From: Thermoanaerobaculia bacterium
GTDB taxonomy: Bacteria > Acidobacteriota > Thermoanaerobaculia > Multivoradales > JAHEKO01
Reading direction: 5' to 3'
DNA: 64,000 nucleotides
Assembly (NCBI GenBank): GCA_049678185.1
Contig: JBAUDS010000371.1
Coordinates: forward strand, 2,466 to 66,465
Numbering within the stretch: position 1 is the stretch's first letter; each line of letters starts with the position of its first letter. A program made the position numbers and the translations under genes. Of this stretch, positions 62,106 through 64,000 are shown piece by piece. The notes under the pieces are model-generated. The model was not told where the DNA came from. It saw only the letters and a list, made by a program, of their open reading frames with translations, and ran no database searches.

Positions 62106-63319
62106 TGGGGTTGTCGATACATCACGGCTCTCGCACTTGCAGGTGGCTGGTCTTCGCGGCGGCCGCGGCATTTTTCTGGGTATCGCCAGCCGGCGGCGTG
62201 GACAGGCCGGGACCAACTCTTACGCGCGAGATTCTCGACCGCTCGCTGGCCGTGGGACGGGACTACCTGCTGAACAACCAGAAACCGGAGGGCAACTTCA
62301 ACTACCAGTACCAGGTGATGGGCAAGCGCTTGTTACCCGGCGACAGTGAGGTGCGTCAGGCCGGCGCCCTGTGGGGTCTCGCCCTCATCCATCAGGACGC
62401 CCCCACACCCGAGACCAGCCAGGCGATTGTGAAGGGACTGTCCTATTTCCGCCGGCACTCGCTGGTTACCGAGGATGGCAGGCGTTACGTGGTCTATCCG
62501 GGCTCGCTGTCGGGAGGGACCGGTACCGTGGCTCTGGTCACCCTCACGCTGATCGATTTTCTGCGAGCCAAGGGCAAGATCGAGGGACGAGACGATCTCG
62601 AGGCCGAGCTCGACCAGTATCTCGCTTTTCTCCTTTCCCTGAGGAGAGCCGACGGCCACTTTCACAGCGGCTATGGGCACACCGAAGGTGAGCCGATGGG
62701 CGAGCCCTCACCCTATTTCGATGGTGAGACCCTGTTGGCCCTGGTCAAAGCCGCGAAATACCTCGATCGTTCTGCCCTGCGTCCCAAGATTCTGGAATCG
62801 GCGGCGGCCACGTACGAGCGCTGGGTGGACTACGCCCTCATCGAAGATCCCGACAGCCCGTTGACCAAGGGCTTTTTCCAGTGGGGCTCGATGTCCTACT
62901 ACGAGCTCCACACCTCGAAGTGGCCCGGGACCGAGGTGTGGGCCGACCGTGTCATCGAAATGGCCTACTGGATGATCGATGTCCATCGAACGCTCGACCG
63001 GCGTCGCAACACCGCCTATGCCTACGAGGGGATCATCTCGGCCTGGGAGCTGGCCCGTCTCACCGGCAACCACGAGGCGCAGAAAAAGCTCGGTGAGGTC
63101 ATCGCGGTGGGGCTCGCCAAGCTGACAACGTGGCAGATCGGCGGTCCGCTGGAGAACCCGTTTTTCGGCACCCGGGCGGTCACCGACCGCTTGGCGCTAG
63201 GTGGTGTCATGAACGCCGCCGACGATCCGCTGCTGCGCATCGATGTCACCCAGCATCAGATGCACGCGGTTCTGCTGGCGCGGCGGTTCGTCTACACGGC
63301 CCAGACCGCCCGCGAGTAG
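62102..63319 (+). CDS. Hypothetical secreted protein, possibly an alpha/alpha-toroid fold. Translationally coupled to the voltage-sensor gene.
   Basis: ATGA start/stop overlap at 62102-62105. Signal-peptide-like N-terminus. The fold assignment is speculative. Confidence 0.45.
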   Translation: MMGLSIHHGSRTCRWLVFAAAAAFFWVSPAGGVDRPGPTLTREILDRSLAVGRDYLLNNQKPEGNFNYQYQVMGKRLLPGDSEVRQAGALWGLALIHQDAPTPETSQAIVKGLSYFRRHSLVTEDGRRYVVYPGSLSGGTGTVALVTLTLIDFLRAKGKIEGRDDLEAELDQYLAFLLSLRRADGHFHSGYGHTEGEPMGEPSPYFDGETLLALVKAAKYLDRSALRPKILESAAATYERWVDYALIEDPDSPLTKGFFQWGSMSYYELHTSKWPGTEVWADRVIEMAYWMIDVHRTLDRRRNTAYAYEGIISAWELARLTGNHEAQKKLGEVIAVGLAKLTTWQIGGPLENPFFGTRAVTDRLALGGVMNAADDPLLRIDVTQHQMHAVLLARRFVYTAQTARE

Positions 63320-63401
63320 CTTCACCAACCCACCAAAAAAGACGGCGGGGCCCGAGGACCCCGCCGGATGGCGAAGAGAGTTGAAGGGTTAAAACACGCG
63401 A

Positions 63402-63980
63402 TCAGTCGTCCTTACAAACCACCAGACCCTCCACGTCGGGGTGACCCGCGGTGCTGAGCATCTTGACTACGGCGCCGGAATCCACAGCCCAGTAGTAGAG
63501 GTAGTCATCGCTGTGGGCACCCAGGATCAGCACATCCTGATTCAAAGCGATGTGCTCGAGCTCGCGTGAGGTCTCCATCCCCTCGATCTCGCCTGGCAAC
63601 TGGTCGGTGACCAGTTGCCAACCACCACCGCTGCAGGTGAAATCGACGAGGCTGCCGGAGTCGCACTCGTAGGTGTAGAGGCTGCTGTCACCGGCACCGT
63701 AGAGGGTGGTGCCATCGAGACTCCAGCTCAGAGCCTCGATCTTGGTGTCCGACGACTCCCTCAGTGTGCTCGCTGCGGTCTCCAGATTGTCGATGGTAAA
63801 CAGCCCGTCATCCTCGCTAAAACCCCACATAATAGTGGTGTCGTTGGGGTGGACCGCCAGGGCCTCCACATCGAAACCGGTCGAACCGATGAACTCCACG
63901 TCACAGGTATCGGCAGCGACCTTGTAGAAGCCCCCATCGGGCCCGAAGTCGTCGGTCGTCGTACTCGAGGCGGCATACAA
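63402..63980 (-). CDS. Hypothetical protein (beta-rich, Cys-containing). It may extend beyond the window edge.
   Basis: ORF with good coding composition. No family recognised. Confidence 0.4.
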   Translation of the reverse strand: MYAASSTTTDDFGPDGGFYKVAADTCDVEFIGSTGFDVEALAVHPNDTTIMWGFSEDDGLFTIDNLETAASTLRESSDTKIEALSWSLDGTTLYGAGDSSLYTYECDSGSLVDFTCSGGGWQLVTDQLPGEIEGMETSRELEHIALNQDVLILGAHSDDYLYYWAVDSGAVVKMLSTAGHPDVEGLVVCKDD

Positions 63981-64000
63981 GATGCCCCCGATGCTCTCCA

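Noticed and set aside
1-64000. CRISPR arrays, transposases, integrases, toxin-antitoxin or known phage-defence gene architectures
   Set aside because: None of these are evident in the window.

Overview
High-GC (~64%) chromosomal segment from a Gram-negative (diderm) bacterium. Genes are dense on both strands and mostly housekeeping or accessory metabolism, with no phage, CRISPR, transposase or integrase. Recognisable modules, in order: an ECF sigma / zinc-finger anti-sigma / YbjQ operon; a HlyD-ABC-ABC2 exporter followed by a secreted PPP-type metallophosphoesterase; a tripartite RND efflux operon (OEP-MFP-RND) whose outer-membrane and pump genes are both disrupted; a roughly 4.5 kb lower-GC islet flanked by ~75 bp direct repeats; periplasmic nitrate reductase napDAB with an outer-membrane porin; TonB; a degraded acyl-CoA oxidase gene; CreD, UppS, a VWA protein, an AI-2E transporter, a GlxA regulator and a KirBac-type K+ channel; a DtxR-FeoA fusion with feoB; a sulfotransferase, a desaturase, and a hydroxyproline catabolic cluster (M24 peptidase, proline-racemase-family epimerase, three-subunit D-Hyp dehydrogenase); a type IV pilin-like gene, a rhomboid-TPR protease and a voltage-sensor-domain protein without a pore. 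The most interesting signals are two genes in which two same-frame ORFs are separated only by TGA at a position that homologues fill with a catalytic or conserved Cys: a MerB-like organomercurial lyase (TGA at 17393-17395) and a DUF3179-like secreted protein (TGA at 43946-43948). Both are candidate selenocysteine recoding events. Several efflux and oxidase genes carry a frameshift, an in-frame TAG or an internal deletion, which points either to gene decay or to assembly errors.
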